Shown: positions 49,971 to 57,867 of the stretch, piece after piece
Layout: every line of letters begins with the position of its first letter
Position numbering within the stretch: the first letter of the stretch is position 1
IMG/VR virus record: IMGVR_UViG_3300028196_000009
From: a virus
Length of the DNA stretch: 64,000 nucleotides
Direction: 5' to 3' (one strand)
Made by a program: the position numbers and the translations under genes
Notes under the pieces: model-generated
Seen by the model: the letters and a program-made list of their open reading frames with translations, nothing else
Told to the model about the DNA's origin: nothing
Databases searched by the model: none

Positions 49971-50203
49971 TGTATTTTCTCGTTTTCAAATAAAAAGTAA
50001 CTTTCTTCTTCTTCTAGTATTCCAGAGTCTTTCGCTTTTTCATATAAGTAACAGTAAGAAGCTGCTAATTGTTTTAGTTTTTCTTCTGAGATTGTAAGGT
50101 CTCTTGTTTTTTCTTTATGTAGTACTTGTGCTAAAAATTTTCCTGCATGTACTTGTCCTTCATCTAGCCACAAAAGTCTTCCATCTTTCTCTGGTACGCT
50201 CAT
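49967..50203 (-). CDS. Hypothetical protein
   Basis: 78-aa ORF translationally coupled to terL. Confidence 0.55.
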   Translation of the reverse strand: MSVPEKDGRLLWLDEGQVHAGKFLAQVLHKEKTRDLTISEEKLKQLAASYCYLYEKAKDSGILEEEESYFLFENEKIH

Positions 50204-50917
50204 TTAGTCTCCTATATGTATTAAATCGTTTGATATATGGTCATTGTGCTTTGGTGGAAGATATGGCCACTTCATATATTCCCAGGCAACACTATACCTG
50301 TAATCTCTACTAGTATTCTTATAACATCCGTGAATTAAGTTAGGATGAAAGAATACTGCAAAAGGTTCATCTAACTCGATATCTATAATATCTACTTTAG
50401 GGTTAAGTTTAATCCAATTAAACACCCCATGGGAAGTTGCATCATGTCTAAATATACCTTTTGTATGTGACCTAGGTACTATTCTTAGACATCCGTTCTC
50501 TTTTCTTGCCCCATTTACAAAAACATCACAACTAATTAGTTTTGTGGGATTGGCTTCTATATAAAAGTTATCTTGATGCCAGTCTACCGAGAAACCAACC
50601 TTTGGAATCATCGGAAAAAACTTAGAAATGTAAGTACTTAAGCTCGTAGTTCTAAGTAATCTCTGTGCTACACTCACTAATCGCTTATGTCTGCCCAGTT
50701 TTTTAAATTCTTCAACGCAACCCATAGCTCCCTCTAGTTTACAGGGATTGTGTGGGCTGTTCATCAACCAATTACCTTGGGACTGCGCCGAAATGTGCCT
50801 TGCCTCTTCAGTCAAAGTGTTACATGTATGGTTAAGCTCTCTATGTTCATCTTTTGTAAGGAAGTTTTTAACCACTACATAGCCTTCTAAACTAAATTTT
50901 GAGACATCGTAGTTCAT
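50204..50917 (-). CDS. PhyH-family 2OG-Fe(II) dioxygenase
   Basis: WHQDNFY (HxD), NGCLRIVPRSH, FFHPNLIHG; start moved to ATG 50917. Confidence 0.85.
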   Translation of the reverse strand: MNYDVSKFSLEGYVVVKNFLTKDEHRELNHTCNTLTEEARHISAQSQGNWLMNSPHNPCKLEGAMGCVEEFKKLGRHKRLVSVAQRLLRTTSLSTYISKFFPMIPKVGFSVDWHQDNFYIEANPTKLISCDVFVNGARKENGCLRIVPRSHTKGIFRHDATSHGVFNWIKLNPKVDIIDIELDEPFAVFFHPNLIHGCYKNTSRDYRYSVAWEYMKWPYLPPKHNDHISNDLIHIGD

Positions 50918-50918
50918 T

Positions 50919-51209
50919 CTACCACTTAACTTTGTTTGCCCAGTACGCTGCAGACATTTTTCCTCTAGCAATGTTCTTTCTGTGTCTTGCCTTGAAGCTT
51001 CTACGCTTTGCTTTCATTCTAGCAGACTCGCCAGCTTTAGGTTTCCCTGCTGTCTTAGCTCCTTTCTGTCCGAAACGTATAGTTTTAATCTTACTACCTA
51101 CTTTTGCCACAACTATGTGTGATTTAGTTCTATGTCCTGGTGTTCTTTTTGGTTTATTAAATCCTCTAACACCTGCTCTTTTTAATCTTGGGTCTCTCTT
51201 CTTTGGCAT
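50919..51209 (-). CDS. Small highly basic conserved phage protein
   Basis: NKPKRTP..KSHIVVAK..IRFGQKG..RSFKARH..SAAYWA. Confidence 0.7.
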   Translation of the reverse strand: MPKKRDPRLKRAGVRGFNKPKRTPGHRTKSHIVVAKVGSKIKTIRFGQKGAKTAGKPKAGESARMKAKRRSFKARHRKNIARGKMSAAYWANKVKW

Positions 51210-51697
51210 TATGTTCTCCCCACATTGCCTGCTAGACAGTACCTCATAAATCCATTTAGATTAGGTTGAGTACTGTGTAAAACATTACTTTTAAAAATGT
51301 ATAGGTCTCCCGCTAAAGGAAACTCTGTAGTACAAAAGGTAGGGTTGTTTTTATTATGAAATAATAAAGCTCCTGTTTCTTTTATGTCATGTAAATAATA
51401 ACAAAAAGAATACTCTGGAACTTGATTTCCTTGAACGCCTCCTGATGTATGATTGTGAATACCTGTATACTCTCCTGCTGCTTGAAAAGTAGCCCACAGG
51501 TTAATAATATTATAACCTGCAGGAAACTCTTTTTCAACCTGTCTACAAAAGTCTTTAAACTCTGGTCTTTGTTGTAACAGAGTTTCGGTATGTCTAGGGT
51601 TTACCTTTGAGGCTTTGTACCCTGTGTGTTTGAGTCTTATAAGTTTGTCTCTCATGCCAAGATTATCTATGTCTAGGTTAGTCTTGGTAAAGTCCAC
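51209..51697 (-). CDS. Putative 2OG-Fe(II) oxygenase
   Basis: LWATFQAAGEYTGIHNH, GDLYIFKSNVLHST, RYCLAGN. Confidence 0.7.
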   Translation of the reverse strand: MDFTKTNLDIDNLGMRDKLIRLKHTGYKASKVNPRHTETLLQQRPEFKDFCRQVEKEFPAGYNIINLWATFQAAGEYTGIHNHTSGGVQGNQVPEYSFCYYLHDIKETGALLFHNKNNPTFCTTEFPLAGDLYIFKSNVLHSTQPNLNGFMRYCLAGNVGRT

Positions 51698-51961
51698 TTA
51701 TCTTCTCTTCTTCATTATCCTACCAACTCTTGCTTTCTTTGCAAAAGTTGCTTTTCTAGGGGATTTTGTTTTGCCGAACCTTGGTCCAACTCCTTTTGGT
51801 GCTGCACCATAGAAGCCACCAGGGCCACTCATTGGACTTTTTGTGTTAACAAAAGTTCCTGCTGCTGCATTCATATCTCTGGTAATACCTAACTTTAATC
51901 TGTGTTTACGGATTTTCTGAGTACCGTGTTTACCAGTAGGGCCGCTTAAAAATTTAGCCAT
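51698..51961 (-). CDS. Small basic protein
   Basis: 87 aa, K/R/G/P-rich. Confidence 0.55.
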   Translation of the reverse strand: MAKFLSGPTGKHGTQKIRKHRLKLGITRDMNAAAGTFVNTKSPMSGPGGFYGAAPKGVGPRFGKTKSPRKATFAKKARVGRIMKKRR

Positions 51962-52151
51962 TCTTTTCTCCTATAAGCTGTTTAATACGCTTATCTCGAA
52001 AGGTACACTTTTTCATAGTAGCGTATTCTTTCAGTTTCTTTAAATTCTTTAAATGCTTTGCTCGTTTCATAATCAAGCAAGCTGTCTGCATCTCTAAACC
52101 TTTTAGACCTACAATCATTTGTTGTTTTCTGTCTACTTGTTTAAGAGTCAT
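51954..52151 (-). CDS. Small basic protein
   Basis: 65 aa, K-rich, coupled to neighbours. Confidence 0.5.
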   Translation of the reverse strand: MTLKQVDRKQQMIVGLKGLEMQTACLIMKRAKHLKNLKKLKEYATMKKCTFRDKRIKQLIGEKNG

Positions 52152-52152
52152 T

Positions 52153-52440
52153 TTACTTTTTCCTTCTTCTAGTTGTTTTTCTTTTTCTCTTCACAAAGGT
52201 TGATACGTTTCTAGGTTTTCCTCCTGGGTTGCCTGCTTTTCTCTTTCTAGTTACTGCTGATCTTTTCTGTGCTGCAGTCATTCTTCGAGCTTTACTAGCA
52301 GGTACACACTTAGGATATCCTCCTTTTCCTTGTGCAGACTTTCTGCCACAAGGAGGGTGTCCTCCACCCTTTCTCTTACGAGATATATCTACCCAACCTT
52401 CCTTAAACCATTTTGTTAGTCCGCCTTTAGGTTTTGCCAT
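52153..52440 (-). CDS. Small basic protein (DUF5872-like)
   Basis: GLTKWFKEGWVD..PCGR..YPKCVP. Confidence 0.65.
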   Translation of the reverse strand: MAKPKGGLTKWFKEGWVDISRKRKGGGHPPCGRKSAQGKGGYPKCVPASKARRMTAAQKRSAVTRKRKAGNPGGKPRNVSTFVKRKRKTTRRRKK

Positions 52441-52646
52441 TATTTTCTCTTACGTCCAGTACCCATACGATACCTTCCGCCTTTGGCTTTGTAAGTTTTT
52501 ACTAGCCATCCATTAGCGTATGCTGATGGATATACCTTGAACTTTCTTTTTGCCTGTGCTTTAACCCTTGCATATAATGTGGGATTGGTAGGTACAGGTC
52601 TCTTTTTTGCCACCTTCCTTTTTGTTTTTGTTTTTTTAACTGCCAT
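52440..52646 (-). CDS. Small basic protein (DUF5872-like)
   Basis: PTNPTLYARVK..KFKVYPSAYANGWLVKTYKAKGG. Confidence 0.65.
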   Translation of the reverse strand: MAVKKTKTKRKVAKKRPVPTNPTLYARVKAQAKRKFKVYPSAYANGWLVKTYKAKGGRYRMGTGRKRK

Positions 52647-52707
52647 AATAAAAGTGTAGAGCTCCCCACTCATAACTGAAGAAGAGAACTCTACGTAGGG
52701 TATTAAC

Positions 52708-52884
52708 CTATTTGTCCTTGGCTTTCCACACGTTTAATGCGCACCAGTCCATAATCATGTAAACCTTTTTCATCCAACCATCATCTAATGGGGTTGGAGT
52801 AATAGCTGCTACTAACGAGCAGACAGTTACGATTACGGGAACAACAGATATCAATTTTCCAATTAACATGAAAAAATCTATCAT
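52708..52884 (-). CDS. Small membrane protein
   Basis: One TM segment then TPTP.DD..K.Y..CALN..KAK; AGGAG RBS before ATG 52884. Confidence 0.65.
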   Translation of the reverse strand: MIDFFMLIGKLISVVPVIVTVCSLVAAITPTPLDDGWMKKVYMIMDWCALNVWKAKDK

Positions 52885-52941
52885 ATTTCTCTCCTCAGTC
52901 CTTTCCGCTCTTAACGAGCAAGACTGCTTTACCACATATTT

Positions 52942-53100
52942 TTAGCCGTTGTGGTTACTACTCGGCTTGAATACGTCTGTTACTTTCTTACCGCTTTTTA
53001 TTTCGGCTGCAACAAACTTATCCTTAATGTCGACTTTACCGTCTCCATTTAAATCTTTAGGGTCTTTTCCCCTAATTATATTCCAAATTTTCTTAAACAT
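52942..53100 (-). CDS. 52-aa peptide with an EF-hand/dockerin-type Ca-binding loop (not in ORF track)
   Basis: Manual translation MFKKIWNIIRGKDPKDLNGDGKVDIKDKF...; GGAGA RBS. Confidence 0.7.
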   Translation of the reverse strand: MFKKIWNIIRGKDPKDLNGDGKVDIKDKFVAAEIKSGKKVTDVFKPSSNHNG

Positions 53101-53198
53101 TTATTTCTCCTAAAGGGCGGATTGGAGACCCCTCGATTTGTTTTCCGTGTCATGAAATTTAATCCATGCATTTACGCTTAGTATAAGGTCATCCAATC

Positions 53199-53972
53199 CT
53201 AAACTGTGTAGTTTGCATTATCCCAAGGTTCTGTGTAATCCATAGGGTTATGCATATTCAATTGTTGCACTGTAAGTAACGGACGAGTATCTACACTATT
53301 ATTATGTAGTGACCATCCTAAAGCTAGTCCTTCTCCAGAAGATACTCCTTTATAAGGGTTCTTCTCTTTTAAAGACTGCTGTCTAAACAGCGGTTCAATT
53401 TGTACTAAATCTTTTCTAATTTGTTCTGCTTTCTCTTTAGTTACTGAAAACAGAATAGCATGTTCTACTATAGGGGACCATTTATCTATGTCCTTTCCCA
53501 TTGCCTGTATTATAGGCTTCCAATAGTTTAGTCCAAATCTTAAGTCAAGATTTGTGAACACTGGTACCATCTGTGCTTTTGCACCTGGCGACCATACTGC
53601 TAGATGATAGCAAGAGTTAGGATAAACGGGTTGATTAAACAAAGCGTTTACTAAACTTACATCATCAATAAAATTCTCTACTACATGTAATCTATATGTT
53701 AATCTTCTTACATCAATTTGTAGAGTAGGTCTGCCTGTCTCTATAACTGAATCTAAAGCCCATAGTAGTTTATCAAAATAGTTAAACCGTGGTTTGTTAT
53801 ACGGTACAATTACATGGCGTTTACCTGTTAGTACCTTTCTTACTTCCTCTGGTCTATCTGTTAGTACCCAATACTTCCAATCGGGCATCTGATCTATATG
53901 TTTCTTTAAGTAACCTAAGTATTCGTCTCCGATGACACTTAATGAAATATCAGTAACTCGTGCAGTCTTCAT
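53199..53972 (-). CDS. Putative GT-A-like/nucleotide-sugar transferase
   Basis: SVIGDEY, WVLTD, FNYFDKL pattern; start uncertain (ORF-track 54209 start runs across two small genes). Confidence 0.4.
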   Translation of the reverse strand: MKTARVTDISLSVIGDEYLGYLKKHIDQMPDWKYWVLTDRPEEVRKVLTGKRHVIVPYNKPRFNYFDKLLWALDSVIETGRPTLQIDVRRLTYRLHVVENFIDDVSLVNALFNQPVYPNSCYHLAVWSPGAKAQMVPVFTNLDLRFGLNYWKPIIQAMGKDIDKWSPIVEHAILFSVTKEKAEQIRKDLVQIEPLFRQQSLKEKNPYKGVSSGEGLALGWSLHNNSVDTRPLLTVQQLNMHNPMDYTEPWDNANYTV

Positions 53973-54079
53973 GTTCTTTTTTGCATAATGCTTTATGTTG
54001 TTTCCAATTGTCCAGCAAGGTTGCTTACCAAAAACATTAGGAATGCACGAATTCTCTAGGTCAAGTGACTGGTTATAAT

Positions 54080-54157
54080 TTACCTTTTCTTCTTGCCCTT
54101 CTTTTTCTTCTTGGGTCTGCCTACCTTTGAGCCGTATGTTCCTTTGCCTTTTGGCAT
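54080..54157 (-). CDS. 25-aa highly basic peptide (not in ORF track)
   Basis: MPKGKGTYGSKVGRPKKKKKGKKKR preceded by a perfect AAGGAGGTG RBS. Confidence 0.7.
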   Translation of the reverse strand: MPKGKGTYGSKVGRPKKKKKGKKKR

Positions 54158-54169
54158 TATCACCTCCTT

Positions 54170-54328
54170 TTATGTCCACTTTGGGTCTTCCAACGGACAC
54201 TCTGCCCATCTAATCTTAGTTTTGAGGGGCATAAAACAATGACAAACTTTGCAAGTCTTCCAAAACTTATTATAGTGTGGACACTTCTTACAAATCTTTA
54301 ATCTTTCATCTGGTTTCTTCTTTGTCAT
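54170..54328 (-). CDS. 52-aa six-Cys metal-binding peptide (DUF6171-like, not in ORF track)
   Basis: RLKICKKC..CKVCHCFMPLKT..AECP..KW. Confidence 0.75.
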   Translation of the reverse strand: MTKKKPDERLKICKKCPHYNKFWKTCKVCHCFMPLKTKIRWAECPLEDPKWT

Positions 54329-54854
54329 ACTTAATGATTCCTTTGAATGACGGGAAGATTAACCAAACTTTTAGGTGTTTAGGTTTTAATCTTTTTATAG
54401 TTGCAAACCACCACTCTTCGGGTTTGCAATTTACGTGGAAGTTTGTTCCATCTGGAAAGTGTTTCTTTGCTGGGTTGCATGATATAGTGAAAAATACACT
54501 ATGTTTTGCATAGTTGAATATTTCTTCTAGTACTTTATCACACTCCTCTGGATGTATATGTTCCATTACATCTGTGCAAATTACACTATCGTATTGTCCT
54601 GTAGGTTTATGTTGAAAGCCTTCTACTGCAGGATCGTAAAGTGTAGGCATTGGTATATTAGCTGCCTCGTGCATTTTATGTTCTGAATACTGTAGTCCTT
54701 TTCCACAACCATAGTCTAAAACAGATTTAGGTTTATAAGACTTACAAAAGTTTGTAAACTCTCTGGTATGTCTACGTATAGAAGTACCTGTCATTACGCC
54801 CCATTTGGCTTGGTGTATATGTTTGTACCCTATTAATAATTCTAGTGAGTTCAC
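54306..54854 (-). CDS. Class I SAM-dependent methyltransferase
   Basis: VLDYGCGKG, YDPAV, DSVICTDVMEHI. Confidence 0.85.
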   Translation of the reverse strand: MNSLELLIGYKHIHQAKWGVMTGTSIRRHTREFTNFCKSYKPKSVLDYGCGKGLQYSEHKMHEAANIPMPTLYDPAVEGFQHKPTGQYDSVICTDVMEHIHPEECDKVLEEIFNYAKHSVFFTISCNPAKKHFPDGTNFHVNCKPEEWWFATIKRLKPKHLKVWLIFPSFKGIIKYDKEETR

Positions 54855-55000
54855 TTCCTTCTCGGTCTTAAATGATTGTGTTTACTTCTTCTTAGATTCT
54901 TTTTCTTTGCTAGTAATTGTTTTATCCTAGCACTTACTGGAGTTTCTGTTTCTTCTTTTGCTACTGCTTCTTTCAGAGCTTCTTCTATTTGTTTAGCCAT
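54851..55000 (-). CDS. 49-aa protein with basic C-terminus (not in ORF track)
   Basis: MAKQIEEALKEAVAKEETETPVSARIKQLLAKKKNLRRSKHNHLRPRRK; fills the gap with overlaps at both ends. Confidence 0.55.
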   Translation of the reverse strand: MAKQIEEALKEAVAKEETETPVSARIKQLLAKKKNLRRSKHNHLRPRRK

Positions 55001-55175
55001 TTATATGTTCCCAAGCCTCTTTCTCAGTTTTCCAGTGAGTAAGCTGCCCTAAAGCATCTCTTACGTTCCATGTACCTCTCTTAAGATACATCTCCCAACC
55101 CTCTGGTAGTACGTTTTCTACAGACTTTGTTTTTGGTGATTTTTTCAAATCTTTTTTATCGTATTTAAATTCCAT
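54993..55175 (-). CDS. Hypothetical protein
   Basis: 60 aa with GGAG RBS. Confidence 0.55.
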   Translation of the reverse strand: MEFKYDKKDLKKSPKTKSVENVLPEGWEMYLKRGTWNVRDALGQLTHWKTEKEAWEHING

Positions 55176-55185
55176 TTTATTTCTC

Positions 55186-55413
55186 CTAGTGCATAGTTAT
55201 CATTGTAACTACTACTCCTGATAAGGTTACAAGCAAGAATCCTGTAAAACCTATTAAGATAGACTCTATTCTAGTAGTCTTATCGTCGATTCTATTAAAT
55301 CTAGTATCAGACTCACCTTCTATATCTTCTATCTTGTTAAAAATTGTTTTCCAACGTTCAGCACATATAGCTTCATGCTTTGCTAACTCTGCCGCTACAT
55401 CTTTTGCTTCCAT
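55186..55413 (-). CDS. XhlA/holin-like small protein (coiled coil + C-terminal TM)
   Basis: HEAICAERW motif, hydrophobic C-terminus. Confidence 0.55.
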   Translation of the reverse strand: MEAKDVAAELAKHEAICAERWKTIFNKIEDIEGESDTRFNRIDDKTTRIESILIGFTGFLLVTLSGVVVTMITMH

Positions 55414-55459
55414 TGTTTGTTCTCCCCTTTACTCTGTGAATATTTCCACACTTATGAAA

Positions 55460-55498
55460 ATTATATCAAAATATAGAACTCATGTCAAGTACTATTTT
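55460..55498 (-). promoter_or_regulatory. Sigma70-type promoter with AAAATAGTAC element
   Basis: AAAATAGTAC-TTGACA-N17-TATAAT. Confidence 0.85.
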
Positions 55499-57276
55499 CG
55501 TATGGTATAGATTTTAACTGGTTCCGACTTGCCTTTTACAGTTACCTCGTCTAAAAACTCGTAATCATAACCATCCACCAAACTATGTTCTGATATAATT
55601 AAGTCGGCGTCATAATTCTTACAACTAGATTCTAACCTAGCTGCCAGATTAACAGCATCACCCAAAACGGAATAGTCAAAGCGAGTACTACTACCAAAGT
55701 TGCCCACCACACAGTTTCCCGTATTGATGCCAGCTCCTGTGTTAATTTGATCAAGGCCCTCTTCTCTAAGTGTTTCATTTAATTCCTCTAAGGCTATTCT
55801 CATTTCAATAGCCGCTTTTGTTGCATTCTCTATATGGTTCTCGTCAGGAAGCGGAGCTCCCCAGAAAGCCATGATGCAGTCTCCCATATACTTATCAATT
55901 GTACCTCCATGCTTGAGAATAATCTCAGTCTGATTGTCGAGAAAACGATTGATGAGGCTCGTAAGTCCTTGTGGATTTTTTTGATATTTTTCTGAAATCG
56001 GTGTAAATCCTCTGATGTCAGAAAAAAGAAAAGTTAGTTGTTCGGTCGACCCACCGAGTCTCAGTAATGTTGGGTCTTCCTGTAATTTTTTTACTAAGTC
56101 GGGACTTACGTACGTGCCAAATTGTTGTTTGATTTGAAGTTTCTGACGATACTCGGAAAGGAAACTCAGGAAAGTATGATACGCCCAATAAAGAATCGAG
56201 ACTACTACGATACCATTAAGGTTAAGTAAGTAGGAAGATTTATAGGCGTAACCCATTCCATACATAGCACCTACTATAACTAGTACTAATGTTATTATAG
56301 AAAGATAGACTCTACTAACCGTAAGAGCCAATAAGGTGAAGCTAAGTAAACCATAGGCAAGCTTAGCAGAAAAAGTCCATGACGGTGCAGACGGTGCGGT
56401 ACCTGTGATAAGATTGTGTAGTATATTTGCTTGAATTTCATGGGGGTATTTTGCTCCCGCTGGGGTCGGGACTGGATTGGTTACTCCTTCTGCTGTTGTT
56501 CCAAGTATAACAAAAGGAGCATCAATCGGTTCTTTTAAGTATTCTAATAAACTTTGTCTATAGAATGTAGTATTCCAATTCAAAAAGATACGAGCGTTCG
56601 CATCAGTATTCATCAGTGGGTAGTTTGGTATTCTAATCCACTCAATACCTTCTGGTGTTGTTTTTAGCTGGTACGAAGGATCGTTTACGGCGACTCTTAA
56701 GAGTTCCAAGGCGAAACTCGGGTAGAGTTTTGACCCTACGTTTACTACTAGGGGAATACGACGAGTAACCCCGTCTAGCTCCGGCGTAGCGGTTACTACT
56801 CCGATTCCCTTTATTTTTGACTCCAGAGTAGACTCTGTAGGTATAATTCCTGGGTATTCGTATAGCCATGGTAATGGATCCTCTCCTAATTGCGCAGTTC
56901 CTACATGAGGAGCTTTTACGTTGCGCACTTGTGTTGATGCCGCGTAGGCTAACACTGTTGGTTTTATGTCAAGTCTTCTTTCAAAGTAAGTATCTTGCAT
57001 TGGGCCTCGTAAGTCTTTGTTTGGCATTAGTACTGTAATTCCTGGTACTGCCTGGGTCTGCGTTATAGCATCTCCATAAACACTTCTTGGTAAAGGCCAA
57101 CCTCCATAAGTACTTACTGTTTCTTCGTCTATGTCTACTATAAGTATATTCTCATTCTGTACTGGTTCAGTATTCATGATTAAGTAGTCAAATGTTTTGA
57201 GTTCTAAAATTTTAAAAGGATAGGGATTCCATATAAGAAGTCCCATTGCTAGTACAATTGTAATTAGTTTATTCAT
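55492..57276 (-). CDS. CHASE2-domain class III adenylate cyclase
   Basis: IVDIDEE..GGWPLPR (CHASE2), three TM helices, FSDIRGFT, DKYMGDC, RFDYSVLGDAVNLAARLE (all catalytic and ATP-specificity residues). Confidence 0.93.
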   Translation of the reverse strand: MNKLITIVLAMGLLIWNPYPFKILELKTFDYLIMNTEPVQNENILIVDIDEETVSTYGGWPLPRSVYGDAITQTQAVPGITVLMPNKDLRGPMQDTYFERRLDIKPTVLAYAASTQVRNVKAPHVGTAQLGEDPLPWLYEYPGIIPTESTLESKIKGIGVVTATPELDGVTRRIPLVVNVGSKLYPSFALELLRVAVNDPSYQLKTTPEGIEWIRIPNYPLMNTDANARIFLNWNTTFYRQSLLEYLKEPIDAPFVILGTTAEGVTNPVPTPAGAKYPHEIQANILHNLITGTAPSAPSWTFSAKLAYGLLSFTLLALTVSRVYLSIITLVLVIVGAMYGMGYAYKSSYLLNLNGIVVVSILYWAYHTFLSFLSEYRQKLQIKQQFGTYVSPDLVKKLQEDPTLLRLGGSTEQLTFLFSDIRGFTPISEKYQKNPQGLTSLINRFLDNQTEIILKHGGTIDKYMGDCIMAFWGAPLPDENHIENATKAAIEMRIALEELNETLREEGLDQINTGAGINTGNCVVGNFGSSTRFDYSVLGDAVNLAARLESSCKNYDADLIISEHSLVDGYDYEFLDEVTVKGKSEPVKIYTIRK

Positions 57277-57446
57277 ATTAGGTCCCATCCATGGTTTGCT
57301 ATAGCGTTAAGTATAATAAAGATACAAGTTGCCATATGTGTAAACCACCAAATGGTTCGTATGATAGCTATTTTATCTGCTTGAGAATCAGTTTCTCCTA
57401 CCTTCTCTCCAAGGGACTTAGCCCATAATCTCCAGTATTTATTCAT
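57273..57446 (-). CDS. 57-aa conserved phage membrane protein (not in ORF track)
   Basis: WRLWAKSLGEK..DKIAIIRT motif; ATGA-coupled to the cyclase. Confidence 0.7.
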   Translation of the reverse strand: MNKYWRLWAKSLGEKVGETDSQADKIAIIRTIWWFTHMATCIFIILNAIANHGWDLI

Positions 57447-57867
57447 TATCTATTATTATTTTTGTGTTGTTTATTACGGCTAAAGTTACTAGAGTATTCG
57501 CAAAGAGTACAAAGCTCTCATCTTCTTCCCAAAATATTCCACCATATCTTGCCATCTCGGTCCATATTAGTTTATGTGCTATAAGTCTTGTCAAAGAAGG
57601 GTCTGCAGGAAGTAGAGGATTTGCTTCTGATGCATAACCTTGTTGTACTGCATGATAAGTAGTAAGTACGTCTAATGTATTGATTACAAGGTAGTACCTA
57701 TGACTCGGTCTGTCAAAGTCAATTCTCATAGTGAACTTACTACGTTCTATGAGTTTGCCGTCTATCTCTATTTGGTCGTAATCCCAAGGAAGATCAACCT
57801 GAAGATTGACGGATGCGAATACTGGAGTTGTCACCAGAATTAAGAATAATGTTATAGCTTTTACCAT
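57439..57867 (-). CDS. Exported/membrane protein, DUF5658-like C-terminus
   Basis: Signal peptide MVKAITLFLILVTTPVFA; LDVLTT..EANPLL. Confidence 0.55.
   Translation of the reverse strand: MVKAITLFLILVTTPVFASVNLQVDLPWDYDQIEIDGKLIERSKFTMRIDFDRPSHRYYLVINTLDVLTTYHAVQQGYASEANPLLPADPSLTRLIAHKLIWTEMARYGGIFWEEDESFVLFANTLVTLAVINNTKIIIDNE

Noticed and set aside
52890-52910. CUGAGGA and GAAA as a hammerhead ribozyme core
   Set aside because: Only 3 nt separate GAAA from CUGA, leaving no room for stems III and I
53973-54209. ORF-track N-terminal extension of the 53199 ORF
   Set aside because: Overlaps two better-supported small genes (54080-54157 with a perfect RBS, 54170-54328 with a Cys motif)
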